In this document: piece by piece, positions 49,149 through 63,300 of the stretch
Layout of the letters: each line of letters starts with the position of its first letter
Position numbering within the stretch: the first letter of the stretch is position 1
Assembly (NCBI GenBank): GCA_046563655.1
Contig: CM102286.1
Coordinates: forward strand, 3,968,001-4,032,000
DNA from: Yuukianura sp. NJ FZ-2021
Lineage: Eukaryota
Reading direction: 5' to 3'
Length of the DNA stretch: 64,000 nucleotides
Notes under the pieces: generated by a model
Databases searched by the model: none
The model's input: only the letters and a program-made list of their open reading frames with translations
What the model was told of the DNA's origin: nothing
Translations under genes and position numbers: made by a program

Positions 49149-50043
49149 ATGGAAAGCCAAGTACAAATTCGTAACGCTGAAAAGCGGGACTGTGCGGCAA
49201 TTATAAAACTGATTAAAGAATTATCTGAATTTGAGAAAATGTCGGACCAAGCTAAACTGACAGTCGAGGGTGATTTTTTACAAAAAAAAAACGTGAAATT
49301 GAGGAAATTATACAAAATCTAATCGTGTCACCTTGTTCTTTTTTTTTTTTGCTAGATTTGGAGAGAGATGGATTTGATTCCAATCCGCCATTTTTTCAAT
49401 GCCTGGTTGCTGAAACTCCGAATCTACCAGAAAATCATACACAATCTGCTGTAAGAACAAAGATCAATGGCACGGGGTGCATCGCGTTAAAATCTGTAGC
49501 AATAGATTTTGTTATGAACTATCGTAGAACACAAAGATACTTGCATGATGCTGTTTACTGACGCAGCTTCCCAGATTTTTTTTGGCGTCGCCATTTCATC
49601 ACGGTGTCTAAATGACTGCTAAATCCTAGGATGACAATTCCGAAGTGATTGGATACGCCCTGTACTTTCCAAAATATTCAACCTGGGATGGAAAAGCGTT
49701 GCATCTGGAAGATTTGTATGTAACTCCGTCGCTCCGTGGGAAAGGAATCGGAACAAAATTTCTGAAGAAATTAGCTAAAGTAAGAAACGAAAATTGTGAA
49801 ACATATTTCCAACACTTATTCTTTAACATCATTTTGCTTCTGTCTTATTTTATTGTGTTTCAGATTGCCGTGGATGGTGGCTACGCTAGATTGTCCTTGG
49901 AATGTTTGGGCTGGAACAAACCTGCTCTTGACTATTACAAAAGTCTAGACGCTAGGGACTTAACGGTCGAAGAAGATTGGCATTCCGTCAGATTTGTACG
50001 GTCGGCGTTAGTAAAAATTGCAGAATCGGACTGTAAAACGTAA
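49149..50043 (+). CDS. Diamine/thialysine N-acetyltransferase (SSAT/SAT2-like GNAT), copy 1
   Basis: IRNAEKRDC..LIKELSEFEKM, DLERDGF, IGYALYFPKYSTWDGKALHLEDLYVTP..RGKGIG, LGWNKPALDYY. Confidence 0.9.
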
Positions 50044-50422
50044 ACCTCCTTTTACAATAACCCGCCCAAAAATTCTTTCAGCACATTGTAAATATCTAGG
50101 AGTCTAAAACGTTTTCAAGTAGTCTTATTTTCGAATAAACTTTGAATGAATCATTTAACTAAAATCACGCGATCCAACGGAAAGCTTCTGAATTGATAAC
50201 CTTAGGATGATTGAATGGTGTCATAAGTGTCTTCTTTATCATTGACTTTTGACCTGTTAAGTTTCTGAGACACTCTTCGTCATGCTATACTTACAGTAGA
50301 CATGCGGTTCGTATTACATTTGCTAAAATTAGAAACTAGTAAAAACTATGATGCAGTTTCAAGTGTTCCGTTTAGCAGGCAACTTTTCTGATAGCAATAG
50401 AGGTATTCAGGTCAAATAGTAA

Positions 50423-51296
50423 ATGTTCAAATTAGAACGACCTCAGCTAACGATGGACTTGGAGCGAGAAGTACGGATTCGCAATGCCGAAAAACGAGAT
50501 TGTACTGCAATTCTGAGGTTGCTTAGGGAGTTATCCGAAGTTGAGAAAATGTCGGATCAGGATATACTTACAGTCGAAGGTGATTTTACAAAGACAAATC
50601 AAAAATTGAATTGAAAACTTAAATCAAATCTAAGCAATTGACCTTCTTAGACTTAGAACGGGATGGATTTGAATCAAATCCGCCATGTTTTCAATGCTTT
50701 GTGGCGGAAACTCCTGATACACAAGGAAGTGATAAAAAATGTGAAGTAAGAACAGGCGCAGAGGCCAATGCCTTAAAATCTGAAATTATTAATTTTTTTT
50801 ACCTAAAATATTAAAATGCTTGGACGATACTGGTTACTGGCGCACCTAAACAGATTTTTTGGCCTCGTCCTTTGTGCCAACAGTGTCAATGCATTAACAG
50901 GATGACCGCTTCGAAGTGATTGGATACGCCATGTACTTTCCAAAATATTCAACTTGGGATGGAAAAGCGTTGCATCTCGAAGATTTATACGTCACACCTT
51001 CGTTTCGCGGGAAAGGAATAGGAACATCCTTCCTTAGGAAAATAGCCAAGGTGAGCAGCGCAAAATTGTTAAGCACTTCCAACAATATTTCCCACTTCAT
51101 TTTACTATTTTTTTTTGTATTTCAGATTGCAGTGGATGGTGGCTATGCGAGATTGTCGTTAGAATGTATGGGCTGGAACAAACCTGCCATGGACTACTAC
51201 AAAAGCTTAGGCGCCAGGGACGTCACAGCGGAAGAAGATTGGCATTCCGTCAAATTTTTCCGACCGGCGTTAATAAAAATCGCGACATCAGAATGA
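50423..51296 (+). CDS. Diamine/thialysine N-acetyltransferase (SSAT/SAT2-like GNAT), copy 2 (tandem duplicate; start 50423 or 50453)
   Basis: Same exon structure and motifs as copy 1. The upstream block CTTCTTTATCATTGACTTTTG is also duplicated (~48902 and ~50231). Confidence 0.9.
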
Positions 51297-54200
51297 ATAA
51301 CTTCAGAAGATGAAAGATTTACGTCGATCCTTTTTCCCACACCTTCTTTATGGCATAATGATTGATTTTCAACATCAATAAATCTATTAAAACGTTAAAC
51401 AATATGTTATTTTAAATGTACTGATTAGTTGACAACTTAAATCCTTTAAATTTTCATTGCCGTTTGCGAAATATTGCATGTGATGAGATGGAGAAAGTTC
51501 GAGAACAGGAGAAAGTCAAGGACGCTCCAGAATATCAGATAGCGGGAGCTTAGCAGTCAGATGACGTGAAACAGCTGATGAAAACAACAAGATTTAGAAA
51601 ATGCGTCGCTTTCAGGATCTTCGAGTGTCTCTGTTCCAATGTTGAGTGTTTGGATCGATTCAAGTTGATTCAGGTCAAGGTCAAATCGCGGAATTTACTT
51701 TAGGTCTGCATTGAATTTCTCCTGTTACTTAAGACACGTCTCTCTTCTAATAAAAGCAGGTTTGTGTGTTCGAGCACTGATGATTTTTAATTGAACTGAT
51801 CATAAATTTTGGTAAGTGACAAAATTCGCAATATTTCATATTTAACATTTCCAGAGAAAATTTCTGACAATTTTGTGATGTGTGAAATTTGTCACGGAGT
51901 ACGTACAATATTTTCATAATGTCAAGGCCAAAGCTAAAAATAACTGTTCTATTGTAACTTGTAATCGAAAATAGAAATCATTCTGCTTATATCTGGTAAT
52001 CAATCTGGTTAATCTGGTTGATATGCTTCGATTTCAATAATGCTATTGATGAATGTTGAATGTTATTGCCAGTCAATAATGACTTTGATATGTTTTGCAA
52101 TTCTATTCACACACTTGTTTTAACAGGTATAGGATTATGTTGGGACGTGATTTGATTACAATAACATGTACTACTATAATTATGTTCTGCCTCTGATTGA
52201 CTTTCTCTTTCTGTTTTTCAGTAGACCTATATACCCAATTGCCTTGGCGGAAGGGAGGAAGGAAGTCTACATCTCTACTGATTTACTACAACTTTTAAGT
52301 ATTTGCCAAAATAACAAAGCAAGCAACAATGAATTGCAATGCAGGAGGGCGAGAAGCATGAATACGAAACGGAACAAGCCGTTTTTACTGCCGCCAATGC
52401 TATTCCACATACATGTAGTAGTCATGCCAATGATCAGGACGATGTTGATGACGGAATTGACCATCAGAAGCAGCTGTTGCGGTAAGGAAAGAAGATAACG
52501 CCTCTCTTACTAAAGTGTTAAAGTTATAGTATTTGTAATATCTGGAGAGAGGCGTATTTTTGTGGCGGATTTAGTTCAATTAAGGCTATAAATCATGTTC
52601 ACACATCATCTTCTCAAAAGATTTGGCTAAACTCGTGGAAAAGTTATTGACCCAAAAGTGTTGACCAGCAGCGGGTTCTATGACAAACAAAGTGTAGTTA
52701 CATCAGTTCTTGACTTTGAACCGTATCGTTTTGTGTGCCATTTGTGTTTATGTCGCGCCGCCAGTCAACTCCTGGCTGTTCAAGAGATTTTAATAGATTT
52801 CGTGGATCTACGATGTATCGTGACTCAGATAGGACGTCACTCCTCGGGTAAAAAAATGAATTTTGATTTCGCTAAAGTGGTAATTCTAGCGCTCATAAAA
52901 GATTTTGATTAGTAGAATTTTATTCAGGAAATGGATTCTACCGTGAGTAATAAAATTGCAATGATTTTCCAATTGCAATTTTTTGGGCAATGAATTTTTA
53001 TTTTGTTTTGTTTGCGCATGCGCGTGTTCATGGATTAAACGATTTCAATTTCCGTAAATTCTAACCTCTTTTTTCTAGTATGTTGCACGTTAAAAAGGTT
53101 CCCGTTTCTAAAATTGGGTCACTATTGGAACATTTGGGGTATCCAAACGATTTGGCTCATTTTAATATGCGAGCCTTCAAGCTAATGGGATTGGTTTGTA
53201 CTTAATCGTCGGCTAAGGAAAGTTTTAGCTAGTTAAAATTAACAATAGGTAATATTAATAATTTCAAATTGCAAAATTGTTCCACTTGCATCAACGATTT
53301 CGTGATCTCTGTTCTAAAAGTAGTGGTTACTTCAGAACTAAAAATTATACTTCTCCAGTATAATCCAGTACAGCGCACATTCAACTTGTATTAGGCCATT
53401 TCCAAGTTCCGCAAATTTAAAATCTTTAAGCCACCGTTACAGAACTTCCAACTTATATAAAATCTAAGCAGTGCCTAGTTGCAGGGTGATCAGTTAATCT
53501 TATTGTTGTTTTCCTTCAAAGAAAACTGGAAATATCCAGATTATTCTACACCAAGCAAGATCAAGTTTACCAGATTTTACTAGATTTGCCTTCATTTTGG
53601 GATTCAAGGCAATCTAGCTCTTCATTGACCTAGTTGTAAATTCGCAGAGTGATCCTTGAACTGTCTTCCACTCAAAAGATTACTAAAAGAATCCATCATC
53701 ATAACTTTGTATCTTGTCGTCCTCAATTAAATTCGGAAGTTGGTCTATGAATTGATTATAAACATTTCAGAATTTTGAAACACTGCCTGATCAGTACTGC
53801 GGAGTTGGTAACTTCAATGAATATGCATTGCAGTTCTTGTTCAAACTACTTCGGAATCCATCTTTAGACTACAAATTCTGGTTTAAATTGGAAAACTGAC
53901 AGGAACAATCCACGTTTTGAAGAGCTTAACTGTCAAACCATGACCAGATTTACTAAATAATTAAAACTGGTCATGTCCTGATGGCTTGTGATTTATTCAG
54001 TTGTTATTTAGAAAAATTTGGCAGTTAAAATCTAAGGATCAACTTCAGTTTCATATAAACTTTGTTGCAATATCCGGTAAACGGATGAATAAATTTTCAT
54101 TTCTTTTTGCTGTTTGATTTTAAATTGTCAAAAATCCAGATCTGTATCAGGATTGTTAAAAACTAAAAAATCGTTTCCTCAATTTTTCCCGCCATTTTTG

Positions 54201-54315
54201 GCTGTCTAACCAAAACGCGAATTTGCAAGGACAAAAAGTGAAGAACTAAGAACAAGACAAGTTTACAACTTTACAAGTTCAGAATTTTGTGCTTCTGAAA
54301 ATTTCCTAAAAGAGA

Positions 54316-57300
54316 ATGACGCTGATGACGCAAGAGAGGTAACGCTATACTTTCACTGTTTAGTTCATAAATGAGTTCAAACTTTTTGTATACTATTTAC
54401 CACGTAAACTCTACTTAAGTCATACAAAATTAGTAAAAACCAGATGTGTATTTGCAGTCAAAAAATGTGCGTAGTACGGAAGATTTTTTAAAATAGTCAA
54501 ACAGTGGCTAAAAATAGCACAAAAATTTTCCTTTTTGGAAATTGCTCAATAACAACGTGCGCCGGAGAATTTATTTATGAACTAGTTTTTCTATAGATTT
54601 TGTATTCTTGAGATGCATTGAACAAAGTCTAGATAAAACTGAACTATTCTTGAATTTGAAGTTGAAACAGGTCATTTCAGGAGTAATCAAATTTAATAGC
54701 GTAGTTCAAGGAAATGTAGTTGACCTGTGATGTCACCGTTCATTTTATAACCTTAGTTGAATTGACAGGAACTTTGTGGGTTTCATTTTCATCTGGTTTA
54801 ACAAGTTTTGTACCTATGTAGAAGCCACAAAGATATTGGAATTGTCCCCTATATTGTGGTTTCAAATATCCAGTTTCAACGTCAAGTGTTTTCTCCAAGT
54901 ACGTCAAAAGACAGAACCACAGCCCACTTTTTCCGTTTCTGTTAAAGTATACTGCCGAATTCAGCTGTTTCCAAGGACGTAAAGTGTTCAACTGCGTACT
55001 TATTTTTCCAATGTATTGCTACAATCAACAAACAGGGATCAGCAAAGTATTTTGAAATTACACTACCTGAACTTTGTTGTTATGTTTCATAAAAAGTGGA
55101 AGTTTTGTTTGTGCCAGGGATTAATCATATTCCACGTAATTTTAATGATGATGACACAATTTTAGTAGTTGATCTTTCTCAAGATGAATTTTGGAAAATC
55201 AGTTGCGCGTCTGATTTGGAGGTAACTCGTCCTACACCTATTTCACAAATCGAAGCATTCCAAAAATTTAAAACTTTTCTAGAAATACTTTACGTTTTTG
55301 ACACGTGAGTTCTACTTCTTACAAATCAGAGTACTTAAGTATTCAGCATTACTGGAAAACTTTTTTTGAGTTCTTGGAACTTAACGGTAAAGCGGAAGAG
55401 AATGATGGCACTCGTTGTCCTTTGGGAAGTGCAAGGCAAGCATTTACGCAATGCTGAATGCTCCAAGATAGGAATTAACTGGCAAATTAGTTAAGGAGAG
55501 AAAGGTTATCTGGTCTGCCTATGTATGATGAAAGGAGAATTATCGACAGTGGGAGACATGGTTACATCTTTGAGGTGATTTTCCAATGACAGTTATAAAA
55601 GCTGTCAATTCCCTTTGTCCCATTTCAGTTTTACGCTGGCACATCGTTCTTAATTAGAAAATTTTCAAAAATTTTCAAAAATAGCAGAGCGTAGTGTTTT
55701 CAAGGTTAAAAAGTCTGCGATTGGGCGTCACTTTGCTCCTTCCAACAGCATTTCCACCTTGAAGTTTCTATCCGCCCTCTGCTGGCAACAACTTTCGATC
55801 ACTTCAAGGTCACATGAATACTAAATTTATGACACTGGACAGTTTAGTGAAAATTTTGAGCGTGCTTTTGCGGGGTTAACTCCAATGGAAAATTTTAAGC
55901 CTTGAAAAATTTTCTAGGTGGAAAAACAAAGGCGGCATAGAATTAAGTTTTGTAATTTTAATTGTTTTTTCCTGGAACTGGTGATTTTTAAATTTAATTT
56001 CGGTTTGCAGCAGCATAAGCTTAATGCGCGTTGAACCTAAGTTATTCTTGGCTCCTACGCTTTATTCTATGGGTGGGCGGAGCTTATCTAATGTTGCGAG
56101 ATGCTTAAGACATCTTAGCTCCGCCCATCCACTGACGTAACTGAGGGCGGGTATTATTTTAAATTCAAATTAAAATGGAGTCCCGTTTAATTGCTATTCT
56201 GCTAGCAACCACTCCTGTCTCCAGTTAGCAATGATTGATTGACAATTGTATGAGATGAGACTGAGGCTGCTAGATCTGGATAGTCACCCGCGTCATTTCG
56301 ACAAACAACAGTTGTTATATAAATGTATGACTAACTTACGTCGTAAGTCCAGTGATGTATCCAAGTAATTCGAAACCGACTATCACTTTCTAGGATCGAA
56401 TTACTTTTTTGTAGTCAGCATTTTTCTTATTGATAGAATTTTTAACAGGATTCTTCAGATTTTGAAAAAATTTAATATCGCCATTTCAAACGTAAGCTGC
56501 GCTCAAATTTCTAAAAGTGATTTTTGTATGATCATTTTTCGGGAATAAATGGTTCGTAAACACGGAAAAGCTTTAGTATTGAAAAAAAGGTGACTGAACT
56601 GATCCAACAAAAGATGATTGGATTGGATTAAGTCTAAATTAACATAGTGTGAAAAAAAAATTGGAGCTGTTACTATTATGGTATCAGTATTACAGGTTGC
56701 ATTATTTGAGTACTGCTTGCACATTTATATACAAAACTAACTCTTGGTAAATTTTCTTGGTTTCTTGAAACTATTGAGCTTTGACAATTTTGTTACTTGA
56801 GCTGTTCTTCTGGATAAAAAAAATGTTGTTTTAAAAAACTTTTTTTGTTTTTTTTTAGATCTCTATCCGGACAAGGGGAGATCGACGAGCAGGAACAGAT
56901 TCGATTGGTGGACAGTCCCGACCTGGATCCCAAAATGAATGCATTTCCACCTCTTGGTGGTGACATGACGAACTCACCGTGGGTTCATGTTGACCGTCCA
57001 GTAGTAAACCAAATGGTGCTATATCCCAAATATGATCCTCATACTGGATTCTATGGCGGCGCTGGTTCGGAAGACAATGATTCCGGTAAGCCACGACAAA
57101 TAAGCTGAATTGTTGTTTTCAGAAACATTTTTCATCAAATGTTAATTTTTTCATTCTAGGATGCATGGCTGGTTTAAAGAAATTGAAATTTTCGCCACTG
57201 AAGATGCTCTATAGCCTTGTGCCAATTCTAACCTGGTTGCCAAAATACGAGTGGAAAAAGGATTTAAGTTTTGATCTTGTGGCTGGATTTACAATTGCCG

Positions 57301-59926
57301 TTATGCACATTCCGCAAGGTATGCTTTTCAATATGCCGAAAATACAGTGACAACGTTGTCTCATTTTCTTGCATTTCAACTTTTTTAAAAAATTATATTT
57401 AGGAATGGCTTACGCTCTCCTGGGAAATCTTCCACCGATCATTGGAATTTACATGGCATTTTTCCCTGTGATTATTTACACATGTCTTGGAACGTCTCGT
57501 CAAGTGTCAATGGGTACATTTGCAGTAATTTGTCTCATGACGGGAAAAACTGCAATGGAACGCTTGGTTTTCGAAGTTAAAAATAATATTACTATTCCTT
57601 CGACGCCATATTCAATGGACTCCAAGAACGATATTGATCTCCTTCTTCAAGATGATGTAATCAAAGAACGCATGATCGAAATCGCTACTGCTATTAGCTT
57701 GGCAGTGGGTCTTTCTCAGGTACATAAAGTAGCTTTCGCTACTTAATAACTGCGTTTTAGGAACTTTTGAAATTAGAAACTCATTTTTGAAAATTAATGT
57801 GAATTTTTTTAAACTTTTAGTTTGTGATGGGCGTCCTTCGACTGGGTTCCTTGAGTCAGCTATTGTCCGGTGAACTAGTAAGTGGATTCACAACTGCTGC
57901 TGCCGTCCATGTCTTTACTTCGCAAATCAAAAGTCTTCTAGGAATTGCACTTCCTCGACGCACTGGAATTTTCAAAATTCTTTTGGTACGGTTTTAATTT
58001 TTAAGATGCTTTTCAGACTTCTCTGAGACTGGTCAAAATTAAGATCAAAATTTTTAAAAATTTAATTAATTTTTTTTAAATTAATTTTTACAATTTTAAT
58101 TTTTAGACTTACAGCGACGTTGTGCGTGGCATTGCTGATGGGAAAATGAACATTGCAGCTTTCATTTTATCATTCATAACAGTTGGACTGCTTGTGCTTT
58201 ACAATGAACTTGTAAAACCCTACGTCAGTTCCAAGACATCCCTTCCTGTTCCAGTGGAACTTTTGACAATCATTGTCGGAACGCTTATTTCATTCTACTG
58301 GAATCTAGAAGGCAGATACAACGTTTCCATCGTTAGCACAATTCCGACAGGGTGAGTTTTTAGTTGCCTTGAAATTATGATAAAACAAAATTTCTTTTGA
58401 GTCTGTATTTTGCTGAATTTTTTGCTTTAGATTTCCTGTTCCGAAAGCCCCCCCATTGGATGTATTCACTGGCGTGTTTTTGGATGGTTTGATAATCGGA
58501 ATTGTCGCTTACGCAATTTCCATTTCAATGTGCAAAATTTTTGCAACGAAGCATCACTATAGAATTGATCCAAACCAAGAGCTTATTGCTGAGGTATGCT
58601 CAAAATAAACTAAACTTGACATTTGGAAAAGTTTGAGACATTAGTGTTACTCTTTTTGTTTCGCAGGGCACGAGTAACGTCGTTGGCAGTTTCTTCAGTT
58701 GCGCCCCAATCGCTGCATCGCTGTCTCGAAGTGCCATTCAAGATGCAGTCGGAGGTAAAACGCAGTTGGTTGGCGTCTTTTCCGCTTCGATCCTCGTCTT
58801 TGTTTTGCTTTGGATTGGCCCATTTTTTGAAGCACTTCCGAACGTAAGGCACTTCAATTTTTGAGCAGCTCAAAATATTTGTTCAATGATAATTTATATT
58901 TCGTTTTTTTGAATATTTTCAGTGCGTATTGTCCGGAATTATAGTGGTGGCCTTGAAAGGAATGTTTCTCCAGTTCCATGACCTACCAGAAGCATGGAAG
59001 TCGAGCAAACTTAATGGACTGGTTTGGGCCATCACTTTCTTAGCAACAGTTATTCTGGACATTGAATACGGACTTGTCGCCGGTGTTTTACTAGCAGTAT
59101 TTCTCCTAGTTTGGTCGTCTACGCATGGATACCTATCAGTTCTAGGCGTCTACTCTAATTTTGAACTTTACGTTGAGCTTAGTACAAATCCACAGGTACG
59201 TTTTCAAGAAATTTTTTTTTTTCATAATTTAACAATTTCCTATGAGGTGAATATTTTTTTTTTAAATTTTATTAATTTTCAAATTTGGATCTGCTTAGGC
59301 CAGAGAAATCTCGGGTGTCAAAATTTTGAAGTATACTGGCAGCCTCAACTTTGTCAATGCAGAACGCTTTGTCAAAGATGTAGAAAATATTCTTATAGTG
59401 GACGATGACGCTGACGAACCTGAAATTATACACGATAACATGCTCATCAATTCCATTTCTCATAGTCGTAGAAATTCTAAAGCCGCTGAACATGCGGAAC
59501 GTATTGGTCGAATTCATTATCCAAGTCCTCTTCCTGTAAGTGTTTCAAAAATAGTTTCATAAAATTGTTTCGAACTCTTTATTTCACTGTAATTTGAGCG
59601 GAGCAATTCAATATTCAATGCGTTTTTTCTCATTTCAGATTTATGCTGTCATTTTCGATTTTTCGAGCTTGAGTTCCGTTGACACAGCAGCACTCCGTCT
59701 GCTCACGGGTCTTCATAATCAGTTTTTAAAAGACGATGTTCAAGTACTTTTTGCAGCCTCTCCAGCCACAGTTCTTCATATCATGGATACGTCCTCCTTC
59801 CTCAAAGAAATCGGAGTTACCCGGTTCTTTCCTTCTGTCCAAGATGCCGTAACGCATGTATTGAGTCTCAGTCACAATTTGAAGCAGCAGGACCTTTCAA
59901 ACATTAACTTTCCCATGGACCCTTAA
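54316..59926 (+). CDS. SLC26 sulfate/anion transporter (prestin-like) with STAS domain
   Basis: Probable first coding exon 54316-54338 (MTLMTQE-R) splices in phase to 56859. Motifs PILTWLPKYEWK..DLVAGFTIAVMHIPQGMAYALL, GTSRQVSMG, SGFTTAAAVHV, DPNQELIA, LNFVN, IFDFSSLSSVDTAAL, FFPSVQDAV. Confidence 0.92.
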
Positions 59927-60312
59927 GATTTAAATTTAAATGTTAATAGAACTTATTTAATTTAAATATAAAACTGTTTTTGAACTTCCCCCAGTCCAAT
60001 TCGTTAGTATGTGAACTTGTGATTGTCATGACCTTTTGTTATCTAGTCTAGAGAAAAAATTGTCTATTTAACTTTGAATTTGCTAAACGTCTAAACTTCT
60101 AGTGATAGCTTTGTGGTATTGCAACTTGCAAAGTCCCCAAATGTGATAATTGTTGCAAATTAAAGTCTAATTTACCGTAACCGGTTGACCCCTGGATTTT
60201 ATTCTTACTTTTGAAAACCAAAGTGTAAGTTCCAAATGCAGCAATTACTAACAAAAGTTAAGGTTTGGCACAAAATGACACCGGGATCTGATTAATTGAT
60301 TTTTGAATTCAA

Positions 60313-63300
60313 TTAATTCATGCTGGCTTCAGTTCCGGACGATTGTCTTTTCTTCCTCTTCGAGGGAGGGGGTGAAGCCAAGGGTGGGGCGACTGAGCGC
60401 GATGGTCTCCCATTTGGCGACGTGCTGCGTTCAAACGCTGTCTGTGCAACGGACATGGTTGGACTAAAGATGTGCATGTCCACATGCTAAAGTGAGAGAA
60501 AAGAAATTTCATTTTTTTCTGAAATTTTCGAAAACTTACAATTTTTTAGTTGAATTTATTGTCTTACCTGAGAAGCGTTGAAATCTTCTACATGGCCTTT
60601 CACTGCTTGCCAAATTTTCTCTTCCTGCAAAAGCTCTGTGACGGCATCAATGTCCGGTGACATGAACCGATCTTTGTCCCACGGTCTACAGAGAAGTCAA
60701 ATGTCAGATAAGATTTTTTTTTTCGAAAACTTTTGCGTTTTAATGTTTCCAACACACCTAACGACACTTCGGACCACTCGATACACTTCTTCCAGCGGAG
60801 TCGTTGTTTTAAGAGGTCGCAAGAATTCAATCGCTTGACAAGCAGCCAACAGTTCAATTGCAATCACTCGTTCCACATTTTGGACGACCTGCATGTTGTA
60901 TAAAAATTGCATTTTGCTAATAATTTTAAAACATTTGTGCCAAACACAAGAGTATTCATGTATGTCGTGTATACCTGCAAAGCTTTTCTTGCAGCAAAGC
61001 CACCCATTGAAACATGATCTTCAGTTCCAGCACTTGTAGACAACGAATCCACCGAAGCAGGGTGACAAAGGACTTTGTTTTCAGAAACTGAAATTTGAAA
61101 TGGCGCCAAAGTTTGAAAAGAGTTGCATGCAAATTGCGAATTTAATGGTGTCATACCAAGTGCCGCTGCCGTGCAATGAGCCAGCATGAACCCTGAATTT
61201 AGACCGCCTTCTTTTACCAAAAAAGCTGGTAGCTCACTCAGCGCTAAAAATTTAAAGTCAAAATTGGATTTTTTTTAAAACACAAAACACTTCCAGTACC
61301 GTCGTAGAATGTTGTGTTGTTGTACCTGGATTGACCAACCGTTCTGTTCTACGTTCACTCATGGAAGCCAGTTCATGAACTCCAATTGCCAAGTAGTCCA
61401 ACACTTTTGCCGGGTACTCACCATGGAAGTTACCAGCAGAAATGATTTCGTTACGGTCGGCAAAGACGATCTAAGAAAAATACGAAATTTTTAGGTTCAT
61501 TTCCTTTTGACTTCAACGTGTCTGCTTGCCAATACTTACCGGGTTATCAGTGGCGCTGTTCATTTCAGTAGTGATGACTCCGCGGACAAAGTCAATCGTG
61601 TCGTGCACAATTCCGTGGACTTGGGGACAACATCGAAGTGTGTAGGCATCCTGAACTCGGTTGCAGAAACGGTGACTTTCTATTTCCAATAAAAAAAACA
61701 CTTTAAAATTTTTTTTCGGAAGGTTAATTTTTTAAACATTTACCAGCAATTTGTGACGGGTACATGTTCGAATGAAGTAATGCTCGAAGCCGACGCGCTA
61801 CAAGGCTCTGTCCTTTATGAGGTCGAATGTCTTGCACACCTTCAAATTTCAACAATAATTTAAAAACTTAAAACTTATATGAAAAAATTTTAGCGGAAAG
61901 CCTCTAACCTGCGTCGAAAGCTCTAGAAGTTCCTTTTAGAACTTCCAAGGTAAGTGCTGCAACGACATCTGCCTGTCTTGCCATTATTCCTGCTCTCTCA
62001 ACTGCTTCTGCGCCCAACGAAGTAATCAGTTGCGTTCCATTAATCAGAGCCAAACCTTCCTTGGCTTCCAATTTAATTGGAGTTAGGTTATGGGCTTCCA
62101 GGACCTACGTTTTCCAAAATATTTTAAAATCCTAAAATTGTAAAATGTTTAAAAATAATATGTAAAAAATGGTCAAGTTTTCTAACATATTTTGCTTCTC
62201 CCCATCCTGTTTCGGGACTCCACATTTTTCCTTCGCCCATTAATCCCAATGCCAAATGGGCCAACGGCGCCAAGTCACCACTGGCACCTACTGTGCCTTG
62301 TGCTGGCACCCATGGGAGACAAGACGCTACGAAAAATAGGCAAATCAAAATAGTAATACTTGCAAGTATATTGATTCACAGTGTATCTTTGATAATGCAA
62401 ATAATGTTTGTTTAAAATAAATTAATGAAGAACCATTGAAAGCGTCAATTAGTTGATGTAGAGTCTTGAGTTGAATTCCACTGTAACCCTTGGCGAGAAC
62501 ATTAATGCGAAGAGCCAGGAGCATGCGCGTCTTCTTGGGAGACAATGGTGGTCCAACGCCAGCAGAATGAGAACGAATTAAGTTAACCTGCAGTTCACTA
62601 GAAAAAGTTTTAAAAAAAATTACAGACCAGAAAAGAAACTCAACATTTTCTAACGTTTGAAATTTGTGAGATGCTTACACAAGCTTTTCCTTTTCAATTA
62701 CTGTTCGTGCGAATTTTCCAAAACCGGTTGTAATTCCATAAACAACTGAAAGTAATCAAAATGTACTAAATTTCATATGCGGTACCTTTTGTTTGTGCAT
62801 CAAATTTACATGTAAATATAACTAATGTTTTTGGACAAATTTTACCTTTGCTTTCAGTCAAAATTTTTTCGACTAAATTTCTGGAGGCCGTTACAAGGCT
62901 TTCGGATTCTGTGCTTAGCTTTGGTTTGCCAAAAATATCTTAATTAGAATATTAATTTCAATAAACTGAAATTTATTATATACCAGTCACCTTAATTTTA
63001 TATCGGCCTTTTCCTAGTTGCCTTAAATCATCTGTTGAAAGACTGTTGCCGTCCATTTTCAAGTACTGACACATGGGAAACACAATTATTTGTATTCGTT
63101 GCTGACTTATGTGGTACAAATTAGAAAAAAAAGTTACCTCAGTCGGCTGCTGGAAATTCTTCACTCTGTGGAAGCCACTTTTTAAAATATAGTTTTGGGC
63201 CTAACTTCGTTTTAGTAGAAAGTTAACTTTGCTTACACTTGTTCCGGTACAAACATAATTTCTGTTGAAGCCAACCCTGGATCTGGCCAATCACTTTCCA

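Noticed and set aside
60318..60512. ORF-track peptide [13 protein letters not shown]... as the HAL terminal exon
   Set aside because: Wrong frame. Phase-0 splicing from ...DFNASQ gives [10 protein letters not shown]..., ending at 60313.
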